This document shows positions 1 to 9,269 of a stretch of 64,000 nt of DNA, piece after piece (the stretch's first letter is position 1; every line of letters starts with the position of its first letter). Below the pieces are notes generated by a model. It ran no database searches. It was not told where the DNA came from and saw only the letters and a program-made list of their open reading frames with translations. Origin of the DNA: an uncultured Spirochaetaceae bacterium (lineage in GTDB: Bacteria > Spirochaetota > Spirochaetia > SZUA-6 > RPPD01); contig CAZWYY010000013.1 in NCBI GenBank assembly GCA_964638895.1, forward strand, positions 2,522 to 66,521, in the 5' to 3' direction. The position numbers and the translations under genes were made by a program.

Positions 1-42
1 AAGACGATATCCTGCGGGAGCCGATTTAAAGGAATTTGCCGT

Positions 43-1323
43 ATGCGGTCATGGAAAAGCATAAAAAGACTCATTCACACGGGAAAACATTTTTGCATAA
101 TTCCGTGGATTCACCTTCATATCACGGGTTTGGGGTATATGGGGTTATGCTGCGGAGAAAAAAAAGGGCCGTACGCCAGGGGTTACGGCAGTGTAAATAA
201 AAATACCTTCCGGGCCCTGTGGCAGGGGGAGGCAATCAGGGAACTGCGCTTGAAAATGTTGAATGATGAAGCGGACCCGCGCTGCCGGCTCTGTTACGAG
301 CAGGAAAACCTGGGGCAGACAAGTCTGCGTTTTTTACATAACCGTTCGTATGCTGAAAAATTTTTGGACTGGTTGTTGAATACGGATGAGTGGGGCTTCG
401 CCCCGGATGCCAAACCGGTGTATTGGGATATACGCTTTTCCAATTTATGTAATTTACGGTGCAGGTCATGCAGTTATACGGCAAGCTCCGCCTGGTTCGA
501 GGACGCCAAAGCCCTGGGACCGGTAAGAACACGGAAAACAGGCGCCGCTGTTATCCGCGTGCAGCATACGGCCAGGCTTTTAAAGGAGCTGGAACCATAT
601 TATTCCTCCCTGGAAAAGGTGATATTTGCCGGAGGTGAACCTCTGCTCATGGATGAAAATTACGATATCCTGGACAACCTGGAAAGGCTGCAAAAGTATG
701 AGACCGAGCTGCATTTCATTACGAATTTAACGACCCTGAATTACAAAGGCCGTGATATCTTAAAGATCTGGAATAAATTCAAAAACCTGTTTGTAACGGT
801 CAGCCTGGACGGCAGCGGGGACCGCTGCGAATACCTGCGTAAGGGTTTGAAGTGGAAAGCGGTATTAAAAAACCTGGAGTCCCTAAAGGAAAACTGCCCC
901 AATGCGCGGTTGAGTATTAATTGCACGGTCAGCGTTTTCAATATTCTGCATATAACGGATTTCCACCGGGAACTGGTGGAAAAAAATTTCATCTCCCCGG
1001 AAATGCTGCAACTATGCTTTCTTTATGAACCCTCATATTACAGCGTAAAAATCCTGCCGTCTGAGATGAAAAAACATGCCATTAAAAAAATAATCACCCA
1101 TATACACTGGTTAAAAACACGGGAGCCTTTTCATAATTTACAGGGATTTAATATGCACGCGGAGCGTTTTTTCCAGTGGGAAAACTGCATCAAATATATC
1201 AGGGAGGGCGACCGGACACATTTGATTCCCAAATTCATAGCCTTCACCGAAAAACTGGATGCGTTGCGGAATGAAAACTGCCTGGAAATTTTCCCGGAGC
1301 TTAAACCCCTGTACACCCTATGA
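43..1323 (+). CDS. Radical SAM enzyme, family A, with an N-terminal Cys-rich SPASM-like region (FCxxPW...GxxxxCC) before the CxxxCxxC core
   Basis: CNLRCRSC cluster with GGEPL downstream; N-terminal FCIIPWIHLHITGLGYMGLCC and CRLC; about 55 percent identical to ORF 3717-5003. Confidence 0.7.
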   Translation: MRSWKSIKRLIHTGKHFCIIPWIHLHITGLGYMGLCCGEKKGPYARGYGSVNKNTFRALWQGEAIRELRLKMLNDEADPRCRLCYEQENLGQTSLRFLHNRSYAEKFLDWLLNTDEWGFAPDAKPVYWDIRFSNLCNLRCRSCSYTASSAWFEDAKALGPVRTRKTGAAVIRVQHTARLLKELEPYYSSLEKVIFAGGEPLLMDENYDILDNLERLQKYETELHFITNLTTLNYKGRDILKIWNKFKNLFVTVSLDGSGDRCEYLRKGLKWKAVLKNLESLKENCPNARLSINCTVSVFNILHITDFHRELVEKNFISPEMLQLCFLYEPSYYSVKILPSEMKKHAIKKIITHIHWLKTREPFHNLQGFNMHAERFFQWENCIKYIREGDRTHLIPKFIAFTEKLDALRNENCLEIFPELKPLYTL

Positions 1324-2330
1324 TGTCTGATATGATTTTTCTGGATCACAGAGCTGAAGAACACAAAAAGAATTTTTTACTCGACTGGTACCTGGAAAAT
1401 CCTTATAACCTGAAAATGAAGGCCGGGAGCTCCTCCGGTTCCCCGACCGAACCCGATGTGGGCAGATATCTGGATGTAAGGGTTATCAGTGAATTTTGTG
1501 ATCGGGTTCTGTGTCATTACGCGGATAAACTCCGGCGTAAAGTGATTTTTGAGTTCAGCGGCGGCGAGCTGACCCCCGTACGTTATCTTCTGCAGATTCT
1601 GGGTTATCTGAAAAACCGTGCATGCAAGAGGTCTCTTGTGGTTAATCATGCCAGAAAGCAGCCATACTGGAAAAAACTCATTGATGAGGTGGATTTCGTT
1701 ACCCTTACCTACCCGTCGGGATATAATCAACCGGAAGCGTACATCGCGCTGATGGAGTACCTTCAGAATCATACGATACTGAGGGCGGCGATAGTAATGC
1801 AGAAAGAACGCTTTGCGGAGTGCCGGGACCTGGCGCAGACCATTATGCGTTCTTTTCAGAATGTTATGCTCAGCATTTTACCACCTGAAGAGGAAAAATA
1901 CCTGACGTACTCCGGGGAAAAGCGTGAACGGCTTTCGGCCCTGCTTGATCTCTGCCGCGCTCACAATGAAAAAAACGGGCTGACAAACAAGTGGTATCGT
2001 GGGGAAATGACCGCTTACACTACCGACGGCGGGACGGGTCATCTGACCCCTGAACAAATTTTGGCCCATCGGCAAAACAACTGGAAATCATGGATGTGCT
2101 GGTCCGGTCTGCATAAAATGGTCGTAGCGCCAGACGGAGACGTTTACCGGGCATGGTGCTTTAATGAACGGTTGGGCAATGTAGGCGGTGACGTCACTTT
2201 TCCGACGGTACCTATCAGCTGTCCGCTGAAACGCTGCGCCGATATAAGGGACATCGCCTTAAAAAGACAAAGCCTTGTGTTATTTAATCCGGGGAATATC
2301 CGGGAACTCGCCGAAATCGGAATTTTCTGA
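1320..2330 (+). CDS. Pseudo-radical-SAM protein (family B paralog lacking the CxxxCxxC triad)
   Basis: Colinear with 2333-3358 (KVIFEFSGGELT vs KILFEFTGGEVT; C-terminal WMCWSGL...RAWCFNERLGN vs WLCWTGL...RAWCMQEQLGN) but no Cys triad; ATGA overlap with upstream gene. Confidence 0.55.
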   Translation: MMSDMIFLDHRAEEHKKNFLLDWYLENPYNLKMKAGSSSGSPTEPDVGRYLDVRVISEFCDRVLCHYADKLRRKVIFEFSGGELTPVRYLLQILGYLKNRACKRSLVVNHARKQPYWKKLIDEVDFVTLTYPSGYNQPEAYIALMEYLQNHTILRAAIVMQKERFAECRDLAQTIMRSFQNVMLSILPPEEEKYLTYSGEKRERLSALLDLCRAHNEKNGLTNKWYRGEMTAYTTDGGTGHLTPEQILAHRQNNWKSWMCWSGLHKMVVAPDGDVYRAWCFNERLGNVGGDVTFPTVPISCPLKRCADIRDIALKRQSLVLFNPGNIRELAEIGIF

Positions 2331-2332
2331 AC

Positions 2333-3358
2333 ATGGAAATGCGAAAACCTTTATATAAAGATAAGACCGTTTTTATTGATCATGAACTGGACAAACATAA
2401 GGATGTGTTTGTGGTCAACTGGAACCTGGGCAACCGTTGTAATTATCGCTGCAGCTATTGCAATGAGACGCTGAACAGCGGGTCGGTCCCCTGGCTGGAC
2501 GCGGAGGCCGTGTTATGCTTCGCCGACAAGGTTATAGCGCATTACTCGGGGAAATTGCATAAAAAAATCCTGTTCGAGTTTACGGGCGGTGAGGTTACCC
2601 TCTATAAGGATTTATACAAGGTATTGAAATATTTAAAAGAAAACGGGTGTAAAACGGAAATCTTATCGAACGCCAGTCCCCGGCTGGCGTTCTGGGAGAA
2701 AATAAAAGACGTGCTGGATTACGCGATTCTCAGTTACCACGCGGAACACTGCGCCCCCGAGCATTTTTATGAGGTAGTGAAATCCGTAAACCGCAATATC
2801 AATGTGCACGTCAACATCATGATGAACAGGAATCGTTTTAACCTCTGCCGGGACCTCGGGGTATCGATTATGGACCTGGGCTCCGGTATTTCCTTAAGGT
2901 TCCAGCCCTTGTTGGAAAAATTGGCCGTAAACGCAAAACTGATCGGATACACCGAAGAGCAGCTGGCGTCCATAGGAATACTGAATGATCGGTGCAGCAC
3001 GGATTTTACCGGCCAAAACAGGTACCGCGGGCGCATGATCCATTACACCAGCGGGGGCGGTGAGTTCATCATGGATCCCCTGCAGTATGTAACGGAAAAG
3101 AAGAATCACTGGAGAGGCTGGTTATGCTGGACCGGATTGGAACAGATCGTTGTTTCACAATGGGGCGAGGTTTTTCGTGCCTGGTGTATGCAGGAACAGC
3201 TAGGGAATATCAGCGGACATATTGAGTTTCCGACAAAGCCGGTGGTCTGTACGAAAAAGACCTGCCATTGCAATATCGACATGCTGTGCAAAAAGCAGCT
3301 GCCGGTTTACCTGGATCCGGCAAACCTGAACCGGCTTAAAAAAATCGGCCTTGTGTAA
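2333..3358 (+). CDS. Radical SAM enzyme, family B, with a C-terminal Cys-containing twitch/SPASM-like region
   Basis: CNYRCSYC, FEFTGGEV, C-terminal CTKKTCHC; paralog of 21303-22325. Confidence 0.7.
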   Translation: MEMRKPLYKDKTVFIDHELDKHKDVFVVNWNLGNRCNYRCSYCNETLNSGSVPWLDAEAVLCFADKVIAHYSGKLHKKILFEFTGGEVTLYKDLYKVLKYLKENGCKTEILSNASPRLAFWEKIKDVLDYAILSYHAEHCAPEHFYEVVKSVNRNINVHVNIMMNRNRFNLCRDLGVSIMDLGSGISLRFQPLLEKLAVNAKLIGYTEEQLASIGILNDRCSTDFTGQNRYRGRMIHYTSGGGEFIMDPLQYVTEKKNHWRGWLCWTGLEQIVVSQWGEVFRAWCMQEQLGNISGHIEFPTKPVVCTKKTCHCNIDMLCKKQLPVYLDPANLNRLKKIGLV

Positions 3359-3422
3359 ATTCACCGTCAACCGCGAAGTGTTGATGTAACCTAATATCAA
3401 ACTTTTAAAGGAGAGAACAGCA

Positions 3423-3695
3423 ATGAGTAATAACGGAGACGTAAAGGCAAAGATAAAAGAGCTTTTGGCCGAAGTGACGGGTGACACCGCATTGTCGGGA
3501 AATCTAACGGACTCCTCCGATCTTATCAATGAGATCGGTCTGGACTCGATCCAGATGATCAATTTTATCCTTATGGTCGAGGATGAATTCGGGATCGAGA
3601 TTGATTTTGAGAACTTCGATTACACCAATTTCGAACGCTTTGACTCTTTCTGTCAATTTGTCTCGGAAACCGTGAAGTACCAGACGGTTTCATAA
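3423..3695 (+). CDS. Stand-alone acyl/peptidyl carrier protein (ACP-like)
   Basis: 90 aa, acidic, GLDSIQ phosphopantetheine-attachment-type motif; RBS AAAGGAGAGAA upstream. Confidence 0.65.
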   Translation: MSNNGDVKAKIKELLAEVTGDTALSGNLTDSSDLINEIGLDSIQMINFILMVEDEFGIEIDFENFDYTNFERFDSFCQFVSETVKYQTVS

Positions 3696-3716
3696 GCTTG
3701 CAATAAAGGGATTCTC

Positions 3717-5003
3717 TTGATGAGAACAAAACGCGACATTCAGCGGCTGTTAAAAAAGGGCAAACATTTTTGTCTGGCGCCGTGGGTGCACCTACATGTG
3801 ACGGGCTTGGGGATCATGGGGTTATGCGCCATGTCGGAGCAGGGTCCCTTTGATACGGGGTACGGCAGCCTGAATACCAATTCATTCCCCGAATTATGGC
3901 AGGGTGAGGCTATCAGGGAGTTCCGTTTGAAGATGCTGGAGGATCAGCCGGATTCCCGCTGCGTCAACTGTTATAAAAGTCGGCTGGGATATACCACGTT
4001 GCGGAATGAGATCAATTCCTATTATTGGGGACATCTTGACTGGGTGGCGCATACGGACGCCTCGGGATACGCCCCGCGGGCGAAACCCATATTCTGGGAT
4101 ATTCGTTTTTCCAACATATGCAATTTAAAGTGCCGTTCCTGTATTGATGTATCCAGCACCGGATGGTATGAGGATGCCAAGGCCATGGGATTTTTAAATG
4201 CACGCCATAACGGGGAACCCATCCAAGGCGTAAAAGACCCTGCCCGGTTGTTGCAGGATCTTGAGCCGTACCTGCCCCACCTGGAAGGCATACGTTTCGC
4301 GGGGGGGGAGCCTTTATTAATGGAAGAGAATTATTATCTCATGCAGAAACTTGACGCCCAGCGCAAATACAACATTCGCATTGAATACGAAACGAATATG
4401 ACGAAGCTGTATTACAAAAAAGACCTTTTATTATCTCTATGGAAAAAATTCAAAAATATCCTGGTATCCGTCAGCCTGGACGGATTAGAGGAGAGGTGCG
4501 AATACCTGCGTAAGGGGCTGAAATGGGAGAAGGTACTGGGGTATATAAATGACATTAAAGCACACTGCCCGGGGATCGGCCTGCGGATTAATTACACGGT
4601 GAGCGCCTATAATATCCTGCACGCCGCGGAGTTTCACCGCACCATGGTGGAAAAAAAGTATATCGGGCCTGAACAGATTCAACTCATCTTCCTTGTTGAA
4701 CCCAATTACCTGAGTATGAAAATACTCCCCCCGGCAATGAAAAAAGCCGCAACCAACAAGCTGATGAATCACATACGCTGGCTGCACAGGGAGTATCCAT
4801 TCCGTTCCACCTGCGGATTCAGGAACTGCGGCGGGCTTTTCATTCAATGGCTTACCTGTATTAAAAAACTGAATGAAGAGGATTGGTCGCACCTGATACC
4901 GCAATTTATCGATTACACCAACAAACTGGATACGCTGCGCAGGGAAAACTGCCTCTCAGTTTTCCCTGAAGTAAACGGGCTTTTCCGGTTGCGGGTCGGA
5001 TGA
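3717..5003 (+). CDS. Radical SAM enzyme, family A (paralog of 43-1323)
   Basis: CNLKCRSC, GGEPL, N-terminal FCLAPWVHLHVTGLGIMGLC; likely ATG at 3720. Confidence 0.7.
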   Translation: MMRTKRDIQRLLKKGKHFCLAPWVHLHVTGLGIMGLCAMSEQGPFDTGYGSLNTNSFPELWQGEAIREFRLKMLEDQPDSRCVNCYKSRLGYTTLRNEINSYYWGHLDWVAHTDASGYAPRAKPIFWDIRFSNICNLKCRSCIDVSSTGWYEDAKAMGFLNARHNGEPIQGVKDPARLLQDLEPYLPHLEGIRFAGGEPLLMEENYYLMQKLDAQRKYNIRIEYETNMTKLYYKKDLLLSLWKKFKNILVSVSLDGLEERCEYLRKGLKWEKVLGYINDIKAHCPGIGLRINYTVSAYNILHAAEFHRTMVEKKYIGPEQIQLIFLVEPNYLSMKILPPAMKKAATNKLMNHIRWLHREYPFRSTCGFRNCGGLFIQWLTCIKKLNEEDWSHLIPQFIDYTNKLDTLRRENCLSVFPEVNGLFRLRVG

Positions 5004-5006
5004 ATC

Positions 5007-6734
5007 ATGGAGCTTGTTAAAAGGAAATTAAAGCAAGGCATCACTTTTTTTATGCCCGTCACGGCCGCCCCCCTGATAAATGAGATCTGGGAAAAGGAGG
5101 TGTACAACCGGGCATACTCGCTGAAGGAAAACGATATTGTGCTTGATGTGGGCGCGAATATCGGTGTTTTTTCACTCTACGCCGCTTCCAGGGGGGCGAA
5201 GGTCTTCAGTTTTGAACCCAACCCCGAAGTCTTTGCTGTTTTACAAGAGAACATCAGGATCAATAACCTGGAAAACAGGGTCACACCTTTGAATATGGCC
5301 CTGGGCGATCATAAAGGTAAAGCGACCTTATTCATGGCGCTTTCGGAAAAGATATACGCGCCGGGTTCGGCTTCCATTATGAGGGATTTTATTGATGATC
5401 TGGATAAAAGGTACGGCAAGAATGATTATACCGCCTTCACGGTTTCCTGCCTGCGGTTGGATCAGGCATTGGATTTACTGCGCCTTAAGATGGTTGATTT
5501 TATGAAGGTGGACTGCGAGGGAGCGGAGTACGACATCATGCAAAGCGTTCCGCAGCACAGGCTGGGAGAAATCCGCCGTATCGCCATGGAGATCCATATC
5601 GCCTGTTACTCCCAAAAAGAGTTGTGCCGGATTTTGCGGCAAAAGGGATACGTAGTCAACGAGTTCGAAAAAGCGGATGAATCCTCCCTGACCGGTTTTT
5701 TGTACTGTACCCATTCCGCAATGGGGATAACCGCACCCGGCAAACCGGTCGCGGTTTTGTCGGTCAGGCAGGGGCAAGACATAGATAAAGATTATGTTTT
5801 TTGTAATCAAAGCGTTATTTTTGACGGCAGCCGGAGTTTTATCACAAACGGCGGAGAGCGGAAACCCGTTTTTAAATGGAGCATAGATGAAATTAATGCC
5901 CGCAGCCAAGCTGAAAAATGGAGTTACAGGTTTACGGAACCGGGTTATCACCGGGTGACGCTCTGCCTGCGCCATGACCGTAAATCGGATTCGGCCGAAA
6001 AAGAACTCATGGTTTTACAGGCTGATTATTTTCGGGGCGGCGTTGATCATTACCTTTCACCGCTTAGGGAAGATACGGGAAGGAGTGATGCGAAATGTGT
6101 GACCTTTCATGACGGAGTCAAATTCTCAATCCGGAGTGATCACCTGCCGGCAACCAGGTTCGGACAGCTCTTGATCGAACTTGAAATTAAAAGTTTCCCC
6201 GGTGAACCGCTCTCCGGATTACAGGAGCAGCTGCTCTTATTTGAAATGAACGGCCGGAAGATCGTCCTCGGTGAGCCGAACGAAAAAATACTTATGGATA
6301 CAATTCTTTACGGCATCGACGCCGTTTTTACCCTCACTCCTTATATTTACCGGGGTCAAAGGGAGATCAGCATCAAATGGGGAATACCGGACACGATTTC
6401 CAACATACAAGAGGGAAACAAACCGGACACGGCTCCGCCGGCCGGGGAGACCGGTTTGTATCTTTTCCGGGGCGAGAAGCTTTTTACCATCGGCGTGGAT
6501 ATGTTTCCCCCGGACTGGACCCCGCGGGAAATTGTTATCGATATCAAGCCTTCACAGTACCGGGGCAAAAAAACCGCTTTGTCCGGCTTTCTGTGTTACG
6601 GAAAGCGGGTTACGGCATTATCCGGCTGGAAAGATGGGGCGCGCATAAAAAAGGGCGAGTGGGAGGATGATTTCTCATTCTCGATCAACCTGCCCACGGA
6701 GAATTGTCTCAGGCTGACATGGTGGCCCGAATGA
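5007..6734 (+). CDS. FkbM-family SAM-dependent methyltransferase fused to a ~330-aa C-terminal domain of unknown function
   Basis: LDVGANIGVFSLYAA, FEPNPEVF; C-terminal domain ends TWWPE as in paralog 23308-25038. Confidence 0.65.
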   Translation: MELVKRKLKQGITFFMPVTAAPLINEIWEKEVYNRAYSLKENDIVLDVGANIGVFSLYAASRGAKVFSFEPNPEVFAVLQENIRINNLENRVTPLNMALGDHKGKATLFMALSEKIYAPGSASIMRDFIDDLDKRYGKNDYTAFTVSCLRLDQALDLLRLKMVDFMKVDCEGAEYDIMQSVPQHRLGEIRRIAMEIHIACYSQKELCRILRQKGYVVNEFEKADESSLTGFLYCTHSAMGITAPGKPVAVLSVRQGQDIDKDYVFCNQSVIFDGSRSFITNGGERKPVFKWSIDEINARSQAEKWSYRFTEPGYHRVTLCLRHDRKSDSAEKELMVLQADYFRGGVDHYLSPLREDTGRSDAKCVTFHDGVKFSIRSDHLPATRFGQLLIELEIKSFPGEPLSGLQEQLLLFEMNGRKIVLGEPNEKILMDTILYGIDAVFTLTPYIYRGQREISIKWGIPDTISNIQEGNKPDTAPPAGETGLYLFRGEKLFTIGVDMFPPDWTPREIVIDIKPSQYRGKKTALSGFLCYGKRVTALSGWKDGARIKKGEWEDDFSFSINLPTENCLRLTWWPE

Positions 6735-6752
6735 ATGGGAGGGAAATGAGCA

Positions 6753-8087
6753 TTGGCCGGTAAATTAGTATTAGGCACGTTCAACGCGGAAAAATATTGG
6801 CGGGAAGACGGATTGGCCTGTCTGCCCGAGTTGTATGACGCGGGCGCGGCAAAGATCGTGCGCGCCATGGACGAGCTGTTGTTTCCCCTTTGTGAAAGGG
6901 GTGATGTGTTACTTACCCGTTTTAAGATGGACCCTGCCTTTAAAGACTACCTTAACAGGCTGGGTTTTCAATTTGTGTCAAACAATTTTAACCTGGAGGA
7001 AATCACTGCGGCGGCCGCGGGGCCGGGCGGGGGCTGTATTGAGGAACTGCTGAACCGCAAACGCCGTGACCCGCGACTCTTGGAGTTTCTGGGACCGGTT
7101 AGCTCCTTACACCCGTACGCCGTGCTCCCCGGTACGACGGAGACCGTAAAAAACTTCGGCTGGGAGGAGTGCCACCCGCCTTACGAGGCCGTGAAAAAGG
7201 TAAATTCCAAGGAATATTCCAATGAACTGAACGAGCGGATCGGTGTAAAAAAGTACGGAAAAATAATTCACAGTACGGACGAATATCATGAGACGGCCGC
7301 CCGGATAGGCAACGGAAGGGGGTTCATCATCAAGGACCTGTACGGCGTATCCGGTAAGGGGAACCTGCTTGTCGCCGGGCCCTCACTGCAGAAAAGGATC
7401 GGAAAGCACCTTGCCGCGCAGGAAGAGAAGGGTCTGGCCGTCCGCTTTCTGATGGAACCGTATTTTGACAAGGTGTATGACTTTTCCTGCCAGCTTTACA
7501 TCGGCAGGACGGGGGATTCCCGCATAGTTTCGATACAGGAGATCAAGAATTATCTCTTTACCTACATCGGTTCCCTGAGCGCCGGAGATGATTTTATCTG
7601 TTTTCTTAAGGACCGGGGATACTTCGAACTAATGCAAAAGGTTGCGGAAGAACTTTACGGCGACGGATACTGCGGCGATGTCTGTATAGACTCCATGATC
7701 CTCAAGAACGATGAGCTGGTTCCGGTGGTTGAGATCAACGCGCGTAAATCCATGGGACTGATAAATTATTACATCGACCGCTTCCTGGCTGGATATTCCG
7801 CGCGCGGATATTTTGTTTTTTTTACCGCTGTTTGTGAAGGTCGGACCGGTTTTCACGACATCCTGGAAAAGCTGGAACATGAAGGCATCCTCTTCACCGC
7901 CGCGCGCGGTCGCGGCGTACTGCCGTTGTCGGCCAATGCCCTGTTCGTGAACCAGGACGAGGAGAAGAGTTACAAAGGAAGATTTTATTTTTCCGCGGCC
8001 GCGGGCACCCAGCATGAAAGGCAGGGGCTGGTGGACCGGACCGTCAATGCCTTTACCTCGATGGGATTCCGTGTTTATTACCGCTAA
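6753..8087 (+). CDS. ATP-grasp domain ligase (TTG start)
   Basis: GFIIKDLYGVSGKGNLLV glycine-rich loop, VVEINARKSMG C-terminal motif; RBS GGAGGG upstream of TTG. Confidence 0.5.
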   Translation: MAGKLVLGTFNAEKYWREDGLACLPELYDAGAAKIVRAMDELLFPLCERGDVLLTRFKMDPAFKDYLNRLGFQFVSNNFNLEEITAAAAGPGGGCIEELLNRKRRDPRLLEFLGPVSSLHPYAVLPGTTETVKNFGWEECHPPYEAVKKVNSKEYSNELNERIGVKKYGKIIHSTDEYHETAARIGNGRGFIIKDLYGVSGKGNLLVAGPSLQKRIGKHLAAQEEKGLAVRFLMEPYFDKVYDFSCQLYIGRTGDSRIVSIQEIKNYLFTYIGSLSAGDDFICFLKDRGYFELMQKVAEELYGDGYCGDVCIDSMILKNDELVPVVEINARKSMGLINYYIDRFLAGYSARGYFVFFTAVCEGRTGFHDILEKLEHEGILFTAARGRGVLPLSANALFVNQDEEKSYKGRFYFSAAAGTQHERQGLVDRTVNAFTSMGFRVYYR

Positions 8088-8098
8088 AGGAGACATAA

Positions 8099-9243
8099 TG
8101 AAAGAAGACAAGGTTACTATTTTGGCCTCGGGCGTGGCCTTGGGAGTATATATCCCGGCCCTGCTTGTCAATTATCAGCTGCGGCGGCGCGGTGTGGCGG
8201 CTGAGGTTGTTGTTCTGGAAAATCTTTTGCTGCCTGAAAAAAAGGCGAAGATACCCGCCAACAAGCAGGCCTTTCACAGGAGTTTCCGTGTCGCCCTAGC
8301 CGGACAAAAAATGGCTGTCGACCTTTGGCCTCATTATGATAAGAAGGCGCTGGCCGGGTTATTCGACGCTTGGCAGGGGGAGGGGAGGAGGAACTTTATT
8401 GTTTTTTCCGGGTTCTGGATGTCCGTGCTCCGTGAATATATCAACACGGTTCCCGGAAACGGAATGAACGTGGAGATTGTGCACATGGACGCGGATATAT
8501 CCGCCTCGTGGCGGCTTTTCAGGCGGGAGACTACGGGGTTTAATAATGTCTGGCTGTTTGACGGGCGGAATAAGAAGGTGGACTATGAACTCAGGATCGC
8601 GCAGCATCCCCCCGTGCCGTACCGAAGCAGGCCGGACCGTTACGTAATTCACGGTGGCGGTTGGGGAATGGGGAACTACCGGGAAAAAATCGCGGAATTG
8701 GAAGAAGGCGGACTGAAGCTTGATATCGTTGCCTATGAAGCGGAGGAAACCGAGAACCTTAAAGCGGGCCACAGGAGTTTCATGATTGATCCGTGCTGGT
8801 CACCCTGGATAAAGAATAATAACGATGAACACGAGTTTCCGCCCTTCGGTCAAATAACCGGCGGCCGGGCCCCTGTATTTAAAAACAAACAGGAGTATCA
8901 CGATCTTTTTGACGTGATCCGCCTGAGCAGGGCGATTATCAGCAAGCCCGGCGGCGCTACCCTGGCGGATTCCCTGGCTTCAGCCACGCCCCTGGTTATA
9001 CTGGAGTCTTTCGGGAATTATGAGCAACAAAACGCTGAACTATGGGAGCACCTTGGTTTCGGTATCCGGTATGATGATTGGAAAACGGCAGGTTTCTCAG
9101 GGGGTATTCTGGAAAAATTTCATTATAACCTTTTATCTGCCGCGGGTTTGGCCGTGGACTATGTCAGTGATTATATAGACAGGAATTGCGGCCGCGCGCC
9201 CGGGGTCTTGGGACCGGGAAGGTCGCTTCACGGCGTAAATTAA
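8099..9243 (+). CDS. GT-B glycosyltransferase, MurG/MGDG-synthase (GT28)-like
   Basis: VIHGGGWGMGNY and KPGGATLADSLASATPLV motifs; RBS AAGGAGACA; start moved from ORF-track 8014 to ATG 8099. Confidence 0.5.
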
Positions 9244-9269
9244 CCGCCGTCTTTGTAAGGAGGATTATT

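Noticed and set aside
8014-8098. N-terminal extension of the GT28-like ORF starting at 8014
   Set aside because: It overlaps the end of the ATP-grasp gene; ATG 8099 has a good RBS and begins a hydrophobic Rossmann-type N-terminus.
9186-9269. N-terminal extension of the rSAM/SPASM ORF starting at 9186
   Set aside because: It overlaps the GT28-like gene and is Arg-rich; an in-frame TTG at 9270 is preceded by a perfect AAGGAGG RBS with 6-nt spacing.
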